NCBI GenBank assembly: GCA_017615635.1
Contig: JAFZZR010000099.1
Coordinates: 6,618 to 70,617, forward strand
DNA length: 64,000 nucleotides
From: Lentisphaeria bacterium
Lineage (GTDB): Bacteria; Verrucomicrobiota; Lentisphaeria; Victivallales; UBA1829
Direction: 5' to 3'
The notes below the pieces were generated by a model. The model made no database searches, was not told the DNA's origin, and saw only the letters and a list, made by a program, of their open reading frames with translations. Shown here piece after piece: positions 10,345-20,299 of this stretch (the first letter of the stretch is position 1; every line of letters begins with the position of its first letter). A program made the position numbers and the translations under genes.

Positions 10345-11553
10345 TTATTTCTTCAGGAGAGGCGACCAGTCCGGCTGATTGAGTTTGCCGGATTTGGAAA
10401 ACAGCGGTCTCTTTTTCCCGAGCCAGGTATCCACAATATAAATGACTCCGTTATCCGCCACCGCCACATGGCGTCCGTCCGGCGCCCAGACGGGCCCCTC
10501 CCCCGCAATGGAGGCGGGCTTTCCTTCGGGCCCCACCGTTTCCATGACCGGCTTCCCCGTTGTCATGTCCGCCACCGCCACGACGTAATCCCGGCCCACC
10601 TTGGCGGAATAGGTCAGCTTGCCCAGGGGGGACCAGCAGGGTGTGACCCGTTCGCTGCCGGCCAGACCGCGCAGCGGTTCGGGACGGCCACCGCGGAAGG
10701 GATCCACCGTGTAGAGAAGCGGACGGCCCGAGGAGTCGGAGACGAAGCAGAGCGTCTTGCCGTCCGGGGACCAGCAGGGGCTGGCTTCCACGGCCTTGTC
10801 ACGGGTGATGCGCCGGAGATCCGAGCCCTCCAGTGAGCGGATGTAGAGATCCACCTGATTGTCCCGGTTGAGCACCAGGGCGATGGTCTTCCCGTCCGGC
10901 GAAATGGCGCCTCCGGCATTGAGTCCGCTGTACTTGGAAAGACGGCGCGAAAGTTTTGTCACGGTATCGTACTGCACCAGACAAGTGCCGGCCCCCGTGA
11001 ACAGAGAGTAGACGATGCTTTTCCCGTCGGGCGACCACACCGGATCCATGCACAGTTTCCGGTTGCTGGTGATCTTCCGGGGATTCCGTCCGTCAAAACC
11101 GCAGACAACCAGTTCCCGGTTGCCTCCGCCCGTATCGACGGTAAAGACGATCTCGCTCCGGCAGATCCCGGGCACGCCGAAAAGTTCTTTCAGCACGGCG
11201 TCCACGCCCCCGTGCGCGGTGTCCGCCGGATCATCTCCCCGGGCACTGACGGTGGCGACTTCCGCCCCCGCCGAGTTTTCGATCCGGAGCGTGACCGTAC
11301 GGCCGTTTCCCTGACCGCGGATCGTGTAATCGCTTTTGACGCCGGGCTTATCCTTCAGCACGTCGAACCAGCCGCAGTACAGGAAGGAGGTCCGCAGCGC
11401 CTCGCTCAGCGCGGGATCGCCTTCCGTCCCCTGAAAGATCAGGGTCGGATTGGAGTTTCTGGCCGATTTTTCCACGACAATGGATTCCGCCGCGAAAAGG
11501 TGCGGAACGACTGCGGCAAGAATGACAAAGAGAAGAGATTTCTTCAAAAACAT
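10345..11553 (-). CDS. tolB: TolB-like periplasmic beta-propeller (PD40 repeats)
   Basis: Signal peptide; TolB N-domain; repeated PxWSPDG motifs. Confidence 0.8.
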   Translation of the reverse strand: MFLKKSLLFVILAAVVPHLFAAESIVVEKSARNSNPTLIFQGTEGDPALSEALRTSFLYCGWFDVLKDKPGVKSDYTIRGQGNGRTVTLRIENSAGAEVATVSARGDDPADTAHGGVDAVLKELFGVPGICRSEIVFTVDTGGGNRELVVCGFDGRNPRKITSNRKLCMDPVWSPDGKSIVYSLFTGAGTCLVQYDTVTKLSRRLSKYSGLNAGGAISPDGKTIALVLNRDNQVDLYIRSLEGSDLRRITRDKAVEASPCWSPDGKTLCFVSDSSGRPLLYTVDPFRGGRPEPLRGLAGSERVTPCWSPLGKLTYSAKVGRDYVVAVADMTTGKPVMETVGPEGKPASIAGEGPVWAPDGRHVAVADNGVIYIVDTWLGKKRPLFSKSGKLNQPDWSPLLKK

Positions 11554-11640
11554 GATCCTTTTTCCTTTCTGAATCTGTTTACCCGGAAGTATAGCGCATC
11601 TTTCCCTCTTTCGCAAGTGCCGAAATGATTATTTTCGCCC

Positions 11641-13188
11641 TTATTTTTCGTTTCTTTCCGGATATCGTTCCATTAAATGCCGACGAAACAGCTCCCGGAC
11701 ACGGAACGGCGTATCCTCACCATGCTCGGCGGAGAGCTTCCGGAGAACCGGAAAACGTCCGCCCGCGCCGCTTGCATCGAAAGCGCTGAAGGCGATCCTG
11801 GCCGTTTTTCCCTCGGGCCAGGGGATCCCGTTGATCCGGAGCCTGCCCCGGACCTTCCCCTGCGGACCGGTCTCGTATTCCAGACCGGATACGTGCAGGG
11901 CCGGGCCTTTCGCGGAAACGGACAGCTGTTCCTCGAGAATGGACCGGGTCTCTTTCTCCGTCAGAGTCAAAATCCGGACAAGATTCTCATACGGCATCAG
12001 AAGAAAGATATCCCGTTCGGTGATTCTGCCGGGCCCGATGGAGACCTTCCCGGACACCGAGCAGAATGCCGCATCCGCACCGGTCCCCGTCCGTACGGCT
12101 TCCGCTGTCAGACCGGCCGCGGAACATGGCTTCCCGCCCTGCTTCGGCTTCAGTACAAAAGGGATGCAGGCAGCCGGTTTGTTCATGTATTTCCGGTTCT
12201 CGGTTTCCACGGGACGGAAAAAGTTCAAAAGCTCCGGATCCGGTTTTTCGTCCGCTGCACGGAAGAGGCGGGTCTGAAACACCAGATCGTCTTCCTGTTT
12301 TCGGACGGTGACCTCCGCAAGTCCGTCCGCCAGAGCGGGCGCCTGCGCATATACCGTATCCGGCCAGAACTTATCGAAAAGGACCTCTTCGTGGGTATGT
12401 CCGCCCAGAATGATCCGGATCCCCGGAAATTTCCCTGGCAAAGCGGCGATCGTCGGTTCCGTCCGCTTCCCTCCCCTTAAACGTCCGGCGGTGAACCGGC
12501 CTTCATGAACGGCCAGAATGATAAGATCCGGTTTCGCACGCTCGATTTCCGGCATGACCTCAGCCACAGCCTCCTCCACGCTCTTCGTGCGGACTCCTTC
12601 CATTTGCGCGGGCGCCAGCCAGTGGGAAAGATACGGCGGGATGCATCCGATAACGGCGATCCGGAATCCTGCACGGTGAAAAAGCGCCCATTTCCGGCAG
12701 GGCGGCGGGTCCTTCTCGAAAATCAGGTTGGCGGCCAGAACGGTTCCCCGGAAACTCCGGATCCGGTCGGCAAGCACGGCCGTTCCGAAGTCGAAATCGT
12801 GATTGCCGGGCACCCACACATCGCATTTCAGGAGATTCAGCGCTTCGAGCATGCTCTCACCGCGGTCCTGTGCCGCGGAAAACGTCCCCTGAAGAAGATC
12901 GCCGCAGTCGATGTACAGAACGTTCTCCCCGCCGTGCTCCTCCCGTTCCCGGCGGATGACCGAGGCCAGACGGATCACGCCGGATTTTCTCGTGAAGAAG
13001 CCGGACTCGCCATGCAGATCCGTCGACTGGAGTATGCGCAGGATCTCCTTTTCAGCCGCGGAGGCAAGGCCCGGGATCAGAAGGAAGAGAAAGAGGAGAA
13101 CGCGCAGAACCGCTTTTCCGGGAATCCGCATACGAAAAAAGCGGACCCGCCCGAAGGAGAGATCCGCTTTGCTTTCGGAATGATGCAT
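11641..13188 (-). CDS. 5'-nucleotidase / metallophosphoesterase (start uncertain, probably downstream of 13188)
   Basis: STDLHG, DCGDLLQG, GNHDFDFG, GGHTH; C-terminal MPYEN domain; signal peptide. Confidence 0.88.
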   Translation of the reverse strand: MHHSESKADLSFGRVRFFRMRIPGKAVLRVLLFLFLLIPGLASAAEKEILRILQSTDLHGESGFFTRKSGVIRLASVIRREREEHGGENVLYIDCGDLLQGTFSAAQDRGESMLEALNLLKCDVWVPGNHDFDFGTAVLADRIRSFRGTVLAANLIFEKDPPPCRKWALFHRAGFRIAVIGCIPPYLSHWLAPAQMEGVRTKSVEEAVAEVMPEIERAKPDLIILAVHEGRFTAGRLRGGKRTEPTIAALPGKFPGIRIILGGHTHEEVLFDKFWPDTVYAQAPALADGLAEVTVRKQEDDLVFQTRLFRAADEKPDPELLNFFRPVETENRKYMNKPAACIPFVLKPKQGGKPCSAAGLTAEAVRTGTGADAAFCSVSGKVSIGPGRITERDIFLLMPYENLVRILTLTEKETRSILEEQLSVSAKGPALHVSGLEYETGPQGKVRGRLRINGIPWPEGKTARIAFSAFDASGAGGRFPVLRKLSAEHGEDTPFRVRELFRRHLMERYPERNEK

Positions 13189-13201
13189 CCGAAGGGAGGC
13201 G

Positions 13202-14020
13202 TCAGTTTTCCTCGCCGGCCACCCAGCGGGTGAAGCGAATGACGTTGACCTTGGGATAGAGCTTGGAAAGAGAACTCTTGTCGTTCTTGATCCAGGGCTG
13301 ATCCACCAGGCAGACTTCGGCGAACCACTTGTGGATCTTGCCGTTGAGGATCTTTTCGATCATGGCGGCGGGCTTGCCCTGCTCGGCCAGCTGGGCCGCA
13401 TTGATCTCTTTCTCCTTGGCGACGGCGGCTTCGGGAACTTCGGAGCTGCGGACGTACATGGGCTTGAAAGCCGCAATGTGCATGCAGATGTCATGCTTCA
13501 GGGCATCGTCGAACTCGCCGCCGATTTCCACCAGCAGACCGATCTTGCCGTTCCCGTAGAGATAGGGAGCGATCACCGCGCCGTCCTGCGCTTCGAAGCG
13601 GACAGCCCGGCGGATCATCATCTTTTCGCCGAACTTGGCAAACAGGGCGCCGAGTTCTTCGGCTTCCTGCGTACGGGCGATCTCGGTGACGTCGCCGTTA
13701 CCGCTGGTGGCATCGAACGTCCGCTTCGCCGCGCCGTTGGCGAATTCCAGGAACTGCTCGTTCTTGGCAACGAAGTCGGTCTCACAGAGGACTTCCAGCA
13801 TCACGGCGGCCTTGCCTTCGCCGGAGACGCAGATCACGCCTTCCTTGGTGGCGCGGTCCTGACGGTTTTCCGCCTTGGCGATACAGGCCTTGCGGAGGGC
13901 TTCCACCGCCGCCTGCATGTCGCCGTCGTTTTCGACCAGAGCCTTCTTGCACTCATTCATTCCCGCGCTGGTTTTGTCGCGGAGTTCCTTCACCATCTGG
14001 GCTGTAATTGTCACGGCCAT
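13202..14020 (-). CDS. tsf: Elongation factor Ts
   Basis: ITAQMVKELR, CETDFVAKN; follows rpsB. Confidence 0.97.
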   Translation of the reverse strand: MAVTITAQMVKELRDKTSAGMNECKKALVENDGDMQAAVEALRKACIAKAENRQDRATKEGVICVSGEGKAAVMLEVLCETDFVAKNEQFLEFANGAAKRTFDATSGNGDVTEIARTQEAEELGALFAKFGEKMMIRRAVRFEAQDGAVIAPYLYGNGKIGLLVEIGGEFDDALKHDICMHIAAFKPMYVRSSEVPEAAVAKEKEINAAQLAEQGKPAAMIEKILNGKIHKWFAEVCLVDQPWIKNDKSSLSKLYPKVNVIRFTRWVAGEEN

Positions 14021-14060
14021 GGTATGTTTTCCTTCTTTTCGTATGTCCTGTTGTTGATGC

Positions 14061-15044
14061 TCACTCGGCAGTGGGGGCCACATCCGACTTCTTGATCTCG
14101 GAGAGGCTCTTCACTTCCTTCTTCGCCGCGGGTTTGCGACGGGGAGCGGCCTTCTTCACGGGCTCCTTTTCCGCAGGCTCCGGATTGCCGGCCGTCTTTT
14201 CGACAGCTTCGCCGTCGGCGTTCTTGGCGATGCGTTTCGCGGGAGCGCGGCGGCTGGCAGCGCTTCTGGGGGCCTTCTTGGGCGCGGCCTCTTCGGCGCC
14301 TTCGGCTTTCGCCTTGGCCTTTTCATCGTCCTCTTTGGCTTTCTCTTCGGCGGCTTTCGCCTTGTAGAGCTCGGAAGCGTCCTTGATGGCTTCCACCAGC
14401 GTATCGACAATGATCTTGATGGACTTCACGGCATCGTCGTTGGCGGCGATCGGATAGTCGATCAGCTCGGGGTTCGCGTTGGTATCCACAATGGCCACCA
14501 CGGGGATATTCAGCTTGCGCGCTTCGCTTACGGCGATGCTGTCATGGCAGACGTCGATGACCACGACCACATCGGGCAGCTTCTTCATGTCGGCAATGCC
14601 GTCCAGGTCGCGATGCAGTTTCACCGCCGCGCGCTGCATGATGGCGATCTCGTTCTTCTTGAGACCGGCCGCATTGTCGCCGCCGATGGTCTCATCGATG
14701 TCGCGCATCTTGCGGATGGATTTCTTGATGGTCTCGATATTGGTCAGGGTGCCGCCCATCCACCGCTCGGACATGTAGAACATGCCGGTGGCTTCCGCGG
14801 TTTCCTTGACGATCTGCTGCGCCTGACGCTTGGTCCCCACAAAGAGGATCCGCGCGCCGTCCATCACTTCACGCTGAAGAAAATTGCAGGCCTCGCCGAT
14901 CTGACGGATCGTCTTCGTGAGGTCGATAATGGAGATTCCGTTCTTCGCCCCGTAGACAAAGTCCTTCATCTTCGGGTTCCAGCGTCTCGTCTGATGTCCA
15001 AAATGGCATCCGGCTTCCAACAGGTCTTTGACTGTGATCGGCAT
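14061..15044 (-). CDS. rpsB: 30S ribosomal protein S2 with long Ala/Lys/Glu/Pro-rich C-terminal tail
   Basis: LLEAGCHFGHQTRRWNPKM, FVGTKRQA, DTNANP..IDYPIAAND. Confidence 0.98.
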   Translation of the reverse strand: MPITVKDLLEAGCHFGHQTRRWNPKMKDFVYGAKNGISIIDLTKTIRQIGEACNFLQREVMDGARILFVGTKRQAQQIVKETAEATGMFYMSERWMGGTLTNIETIKKSIRKMRDIDETIGGDNAAGLKKNEIAIMQRAAVKLHRDLDGIADMKKLPDVVVVIDVCHDSIAVSEARKLNIPVVAIVDTNANPELIDYPIAANDDAVKSIKIIVDTLVEAIKDASELYKAKAAEEKAKEDDEKAKAKAEGAEEAAPKKAPRSAASRRAPAKRIAKNADGEAVEKTAGNPEPAEKEPVKKAAPRRKPAAKKEVKSLSEIKKSDVAPTAE

Positions 15045-15212
15045 TTTTCTGCCCTTTCCTTCGTTTCGGCCCTTTCAACCGCGGGTTCCTGAAGCCCGTG
15101 CGGCAAGTCGGCCTTTTTGTTTAAGTGTTCTCTTCCGGTCCGCCGGTTGGTTGATTTGCGGCCCGGACGAGTGTGAAATCCCATAAAATAGCACGCTTTC
15201 CGAAAAAATCAA
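15045..15212 (-). promoter_or_regulatory. rpsB promoter and structured 5' leader (possible S2 autoregulatory element)
   Basis: TTGATT-N16-TATTTT at 15212..15185; leader of about 130 nt with CACAC near its start and GC stems. Confidence 0.45.
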
Positions 15213-15454
15213 GAATTTTTTGAAAAAAGATCCGGGGTTTACTCGTCTCCGCTAATAATTCTGGGGAAGACGTGATCCTCCCACCTTCCTTCAGAATCGT
15301 CCCATAATCTTTTTCTCAGATCCGGCGAAGCAGAAAATGAAAAAGGAGATAGTGGAGAATAAACGAGGAATCTCAATTATGACAAAGAATCGACTCATAG
15401 AGTTTTTCAAAACGTTCCATATCTCCCTGAAACGTTTTGCAGAAAAGTACAAAA

Positions 15455-16282
15455 TCATACATGATCAGACTCGATATCCGCAGGAATAAAAAGGAAATTC
15501 GTATCCGATATTTTCCGATAAACATACCGGTGTTTCTTGAAGAACTGGATCAATCGTTTCAAAGATTTACTGTCAAGTGCTTCACACCACACAATGGGAT
15601 TATCTCTTGAAATCGTTTTTTCCGCACCGAGAAGAACATCTGTTTCCGCTCCCTCTACATCTATTTTTATGAAATCGACTTTTCCGATATTCAAAGAATC
15701 GAATGTCTCAACGGGAGTATTTCCATTATCATCCGGAATAAATGAGGTCCCACCCCAGTTCTCCGGATCAAAATTATTGATGGACAACATTCCTTTTTTG
15801 CATCCCAGTGCAAAATTAGAAAGTGTCACTCCCTCACAGTGGTTGAGTTCAGTATTTTTCTGAAGAATCCTGAATATTTCCTTCTGCGGTTCGAAAGAAT
15901 AAATCTGTTTTGCTTTGCAGATTTTCGAGAAAAAAACGGTATGATTGCCGATATTCGCTCCAATATCAACATAGACCATTCCCTCTTTCAAGTACGACCT
16001 AACCTTCTGCAGCAGATCAATTTCATAAAAGCTGTTTGTCGTTATGATGATACTCTGAATTGCATCATAACAAGCATAGGGGAGAAAAAAACGGCACAAT
16101 TGGTCTTCGTACAAAAAATCAGTTGTCTTGTCTTTACAGTCCGACCGAGCAAAAAGCATTGCGGCAAGGATCATTTTATTTTGTCCTTTCAACTCAATCA
16201 GATATTGTGCAATCCGCTCTCTTTGACGATATGCAGGGTTCAGCATCAGTAATTTGTTCATAAAATGGAACATCTTGTTCAT
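15455..16282 (-). CDS. FkbM-family SAM methyltransferase
   Basis: VDIGANIG, KIDVEGAE. Confidence 0.9.
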   Translation of the reverse strand: MNKMFHFMNKLLMLNPAYRQRERIAQYLIELKGQNKMILAAMLFARSDCKDKTTDFLYEDQLCRFFLPYACYDAIQSIIITTNSFYEIDLLQKVRSYLKEGMVYVDIGANIGNHTVFFSKICKAKQIYSFEPQKEIFRILQKNTELNHCEGVTLSNFALGCKKGMLSINNFDPENWGGTSFIPDDNGNTPVETFDSLNIGKVDFIKIDVEGAETDVLLGAEKTISRDNPIVWCEALDSKSLKRLIQFFKKHRYVYRKISDTNFLFIPADIESDHV

Positions 16283-17508
16283 CCTTTCATCGGTTTTGTG
16301 TTTTCCTTGATTCTTTTGGATGCGGGCATAACTTCTTTGAAGTTGCTTAATGATTGCAAGTCTATATCGTTTGCCAGCAGGGAAAGTCCCTCAATGATTC
16401 TGTCATACTCCTGCTCATCTTGCTGAATTGTCTTCAACAGCCCATCCAGCATATTCTCCCGGTATATGACCGCATTTTGGCAGGTGAACCCATATTCTTC
16501 AGCAAATCTCTCCTCTACAATCAACGGGACATTCATTCCGATGGATAACTGCCGGATCCCGCTGGTGACTCCGCTGAGATAATGGCGCTGCTCCTCCGAA
16601 GAAGGGTCCAGCATGGCCAGAATATAATCCATCTCCGAAGTTAAACGATAAAAATCGCGAAACGGAAGATCAAACAGGAATTCCATGCTTTCCCTCAAAT
16701 CTTCCGGAATCTCCGGCGGATAAAGCCGTCCCACGATATAAAAACGGCATGTCCTTGGGTTTGCCGACAGAAACTCTCTCGCCGCCTGATAGAACTTTTT
16801 CCATACATCCGGCGGCTTCCAGCCTGCGATCAAAATGCGCCTGGTGCCTTCCCGCCGTTCCCGTTTCAAGGGATGAGAACCGAAGAAGACAGGACAAAGC
16901 ATGGGGATTTCCGGATGCTCACGAAGGGAAAACACGTGCACTCTGTCATTCATGATATTTCTGATTTTCTTCATATTTTCTTCACCGGTATAGTGCAGCA
17001 TGATCAATGTGCCACAGTTACCCGAGGGCATAAAGCCGAGCCAGTCCCAGTAAAACTGATTAACGAATCCCTCTCGGGAAAAAAGTTCCGTCGTTAAAAA
17101 CACATATTCGTATTTTTTCATTTCTTTTCTTTTCAGCCTCCGTTTCATCAAAAATGACGAACAGGGATATATCTCCGGTTTTTTTGGGCATTGGCAAAAA
17201 GGATCCGCCTTGTCGTTTTTGTGCCGGATGAAGAGATCGACATGCCAGCCCGCTTTTTCCAGACAGGAGAAGATGCCTGGGAGGATTTCGCCATGTTGCG
17301 CATTAGGTTCAACCATCAGAATACTGCCTTGGTGGATTTCACAGGGAAGCCATTTCCTTGCTGCAATATCCTCAAACAGCTCCATCACAAGTGTCATCCT
17401 CGCCTTAAGGATTTGCTTTAAGCGGGAAATATGGACACGCACACTTCCTTGTTTCAACAGACTCATTTCCTCCGGATAATCTCCATAGTGACAACTGCTC
17501 TTCCTCAC
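16279..17508 (-). CDS. Putative glycosyltransferase (GT-B-like)
   Basis: Translationally coupled within the glycan operon; GT-B-like C-terminal segment. Confidence 0.5.
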   Translation of the reverse strand: MRKSSCHYGDYPEEMSLLKQGSVRVHISRLKQILKARMTLVMELFEDIAARKWLPCEIHQGSILMVEPNAQHGEILPGIFSCLEKAGWHVDLFIRHKNDKADPFCQCPKKPEIYPCSSFLMKRRLKRKEMKKYEYVFLTTELFSREGFVNQFYWDWLGFMPSGNCGTLIMLHYTGEENMKKIRNIMNDRVHVFSLREHPEIPMLCPVFFGSHPLKRERREGTRRILIAGWKPPDVWKKFYQAAREFLSANPRTCRFYIVGRLYPPEIPEDLRESMEFLFDLPFRDFYRLTSEMDYILAMLDPSSEEQRHYLSGVTSGIRQLSIGMNVPLIVEERFAEEYGFTCQNAVIYRENMLDGLLKTIQQDEQEYDRIIEGLSLLANDIDLQSLSNFKEVMPASKRIKENTKPMKG

Positions 17509-19139
17509 GTTTTCCGCAAAACTATCCGAAGAATGCGTTTTCCAAAGTGGTATATGCTTCGCAAAGTTTCATATCCGAAACGATACAGCTTTTTCAGTGT
17601 TGGGTTCAGCGTGATCCGCAACCGGACCTTCAGCAGGAAAACGGACATGGGGTGTTGCTGGACCTGAAGTATCCATCCGTCGTCAAGAAGAATTTTGAAT
17701 GCCTGATTCATCCGGTCCAGGTTCTCCTGTTTCGAGGAGATCCCGTGTTCGTCATTTCCTGTCTGATAGGCAATCTCCTGGGTGGAACCGTATAGCTCCG
17801 GCGTATTATCCGGATGCGGCGGGACGATGGTCGGGATTCCCCGTTTCTGGAGCTGCCTGGAAAACGACATATCCTCGGCGGCACGCTTCATTATGCGAAC
17901 GGATTCCGGAGCAGAGAAGAGATCCTTCAACCACTCTTTCCGGAAAAACCAGCTGTGCCCGACGAAATCGACTTCCTGTGCAATCGGGAGATGTCCGTCC
18001 CGCGGCCAGCCGATCCGGTAGTATCCGCCCCGTGGATAGGATTTTGTGTCTTGGGCCATAATGCCGACAGCACCATACAGTGCCTCGCGCTTCATCATTT
18101 CCGCGTGGCAGTTCTCCAGCCAGCGGTTCCCCGGAACAGTGTCGTCATCGAACACGCAGACAAAGGGGGATACGGCGGTCCGTTCCGCAAACAGGAAACG
18201 CCCCCAGACGCCTACATTCTCCGGACTGATCTCATATTTATCGAACCGTTTCAGTATCTCCTCGGGGATCTGGACGGGCGGGCCATCAGTTACACCATCC
18301 TGAAAAAGCAGGATCTCCTTCGGCTTGAGACTCTGCTGCTCCAGCGCATCGAGCTGCACCCGCAGCATTTCCGGGCGTTTATGCGCGGTAAGAACCACGC
18401 TGACATCTAAACAGAACGAAGGATCATCGTCAATCTGGCAATTCCGGATCGCGTAGGTATTTCCCGGAATCATGTACGGACGGGTCTTCACCTCACGATA
18501 GAAGCCGTCCAAGGAGGATCCGAAGTCGATATAGCAGTTATACGGATTGTTCCGAAACAAATCGGCTATGATCGGATTGGAGAGCGGTCCCGCGGAAACG
18601 GCGAACAGCAGGTTTTTCCGATCCCCGAAATCTTTTTTTATCTGCGTCAGAAGTCCCAGTGCATCGTGTTCCCAGAACCCGATACAGTCATCCGAAACCG
18701 GATAATGTTTCAGAATATTCAGGTTCCCGATTTGTTTTCCCGCGGCACGATAATTGGCGATCAGGACGGTGTCCCTTTTCAGCTCGGAAAACTTTTCTTT
18801 GAAAAGCGGGTAATTGACATTGACCCAGATATTCGAAAACGTGAAATTGTGGCCGGACGTATGTGTCCGGTACCAGTAATAGGCCTCCCGGTCGCAACAG
18901 GGACAGGATATCCCGTAGAAAAAACGCGGGTCGTCAATGATCAGACTGTCCCGCAGGGCATATCCCAGGGAAGAAATGGAATCGGGTGACTGCCAGCCCT
19001 CTTGGGCGGTCACACTGCGCCCCCGCATGATGGCGTATTCTCCATCTGCGCTCCGGCACAGCGTGAAATTCTCATTTCTTTCCAGCTTCCGCCAGAAGAA
19101 CTGAAATTCGTCGTTCAGATATCTCTGGTGAAAATTCAT
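17505..19139 (-). CDS. Fused glycosyltransferase: GT-D-fold-like N-domain plus GT2 domain
   Basis: RSADGE (like the RFGDGE motif), VSAGP and IDFGS in the N-half; VSVVLTAHKR and FDDD in the C-half. Confidence 0.7.
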   Translation of the reverse strand: MNFHQRYLNDEFQFFWRKLERNENFTLCRSADGEYAIMRGRSVTAQEGWQSPDSISSLGYALRDSLIIDDPRFFYGISCPCCDREAYYWYRTHTSGHNFTFSNIWVNVNYPLFKEKFSELKRDTVLIANYRAAGKQIGNLNILKHYPVSDDCIGFWEHDALGLLTQIKKDFGDRKNLLFAVSAGPLSNPIIADLFRNNPYNCYIDFGSSLDGFYREVKTRPYMIPGNTYAIRNCQIDDDPSFCLDVSVVLTAHKRPEMLRVQLDALEQQSLKPKEILLFQDGVTDGPPVQIPEEILKRFDKYEISPENVGVWGRFLFAERTAVSPFVCVFDDDTVPGNRWLENCHAEMMKREALYGAVGIMAQDTKSYPRGGYYRIGWPRDGHLPIAQEVDFVGHSWFFRKEWLKDLFSAPESVRIMKRAAEDMSFSRQLQKRGIPTIVPPHPDNTPELYGSTQEIAYQTGNDEHGISSKQENLDRMNQAFKILLDDGWILQVQQHPMSVFLLKVRLRITLNPTLKKLYRFGYETLRSIYHFGKRILRIVLRKT

Positions 19140-20275
19140 CCTATTTGTCTTCCGTAAAAATTCAGAATTGCTTTTGCTATACGCTCCGAGGCATGCCCAT
19201 CCCCATACGGATTCACAGCGCGAAATCTCCGGTCTGCTTTCCCTGAAAGAATCGCATCTGCCTTCTGAACGATCCGTTCTTCGTCCGTCCCGATAAGTTC
19301 CGCACACCCGGCATCGATCCCCTCCATCCTCTCCGTCTTTTCCCGCAGGACCAGCAGCGGAACACCAAAGCAGGGAGCTTCCTCCTGAATACCTCCGCTG
19401 TCGGTAAGGATCAGGGCGGATCGCCGGATAACGGAAAGAAGCGATACGTAATCCATCGGCGCGCAAAGGCAGATATTACTCCGTCCATTCAGACAAGCTG
19501 TTACACGGTCGTGAACGGCAGGATTCGGGTGAACCGGCAGAACAAAGCGGCAATCGGAATGTTTCTCCGCAATGACGGAAATTGCGGAGAGGATCGAATT
19601 CATCCTCGCCCCGTGATTCTCCCGCCGATGAACGGTAATAAGGACGGTTTTGTCATGATTCAGGATCCCTTTCCGGATCAGTTCCTGTTCCGCCCGACCA
19701 AGACGGTCAGAATCAATCATCTTCAGAGCATCGATAATGGTATTGCCGGTCAGTATGACGGAGGCTGGATCAATGTGTTCCCGCTCCAGCGCCAGAACCG
19801 CGGATTCCGTCGGGGCGAAATGCAGCGATGCCATCCGTGTGATCATTTGTCTGAAGCCCTCTTCCGGCCAGGGCTCCAAAAGATCGTAAGACCGAAGGCC
19901 CGCCTCCACATGAAAAACCGGTATTTTATGATAGAAGGCGGAAAGAGCGCCCGTGTATGCGCTCATGGTGTCTCCCTGAACCAAGACCCCATCGAAATCA
20001 TAGCTGTTCAGGAGATTTTGAAGAGAGATCAGAAGACCGGCCTGCAGTTCCGCCAGAGATTGATTCGGACGCATTGCCTTCAAATCGAAATCACTGCGAA
20101 GAGAAAAGCAGCTTAATACCGGTGCCGTCAGATCTTTCTGCTGCCCCGTGTCGCAGAGTCGGCAGGGAATCCCCTGCGTCCGGAAAAAACGGACCAGCGG
20201 TGCAATTTTGATCGCTTCCGGCCTGGTACCATATACGAACAGAAATTCCTTATTACGCAACGGGTTCATTGACAT
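19136..20275 (-). CDS. wecB: UDP-N-acetylglucosamine 2-epimerase (non-hydrolysing)
   Basis: GTRPEAIK, VQGDT, HVEAGLRS, TDSGGIQEEA, NPYGDG. Confidence 0.96.
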   Translation of the reverse strand: MSMNPLRNKEFLFVYGTRPEAIKIAPLVRFFRTQGIPCRLCDTGQQKDLTAPVLSCFSLRSDFDLKAMRPNQSLAELQAGLLISLQNLLNSYDFDGVLVQGDTMSAYTGALSAFYHKIPVFHVEAGLRSYDLLEPWPEEGFRQMITRMASLHFAPTESAVLALEREHIDPASVILTGNTIIDALKMIDSDRLGRAEQELIRKGILNHDKTVLITVHRRENHGARMNSILSAISVIAEKHSDCRFVLPVHPNPAVHDRVTACLNGRSNICLCAPMDYVSLLSVIRRSALILTDSGGIQEEAPCFGVPLLVLREKTERMEGIDAGCAELIGTDEERIVQKADAILSGKADRRFRAVNPYGDGHASERIAKAILNFYGRQIG

Positions 20276-20299
20276 GCCTCTTACACGGGCTCTTCTGCG

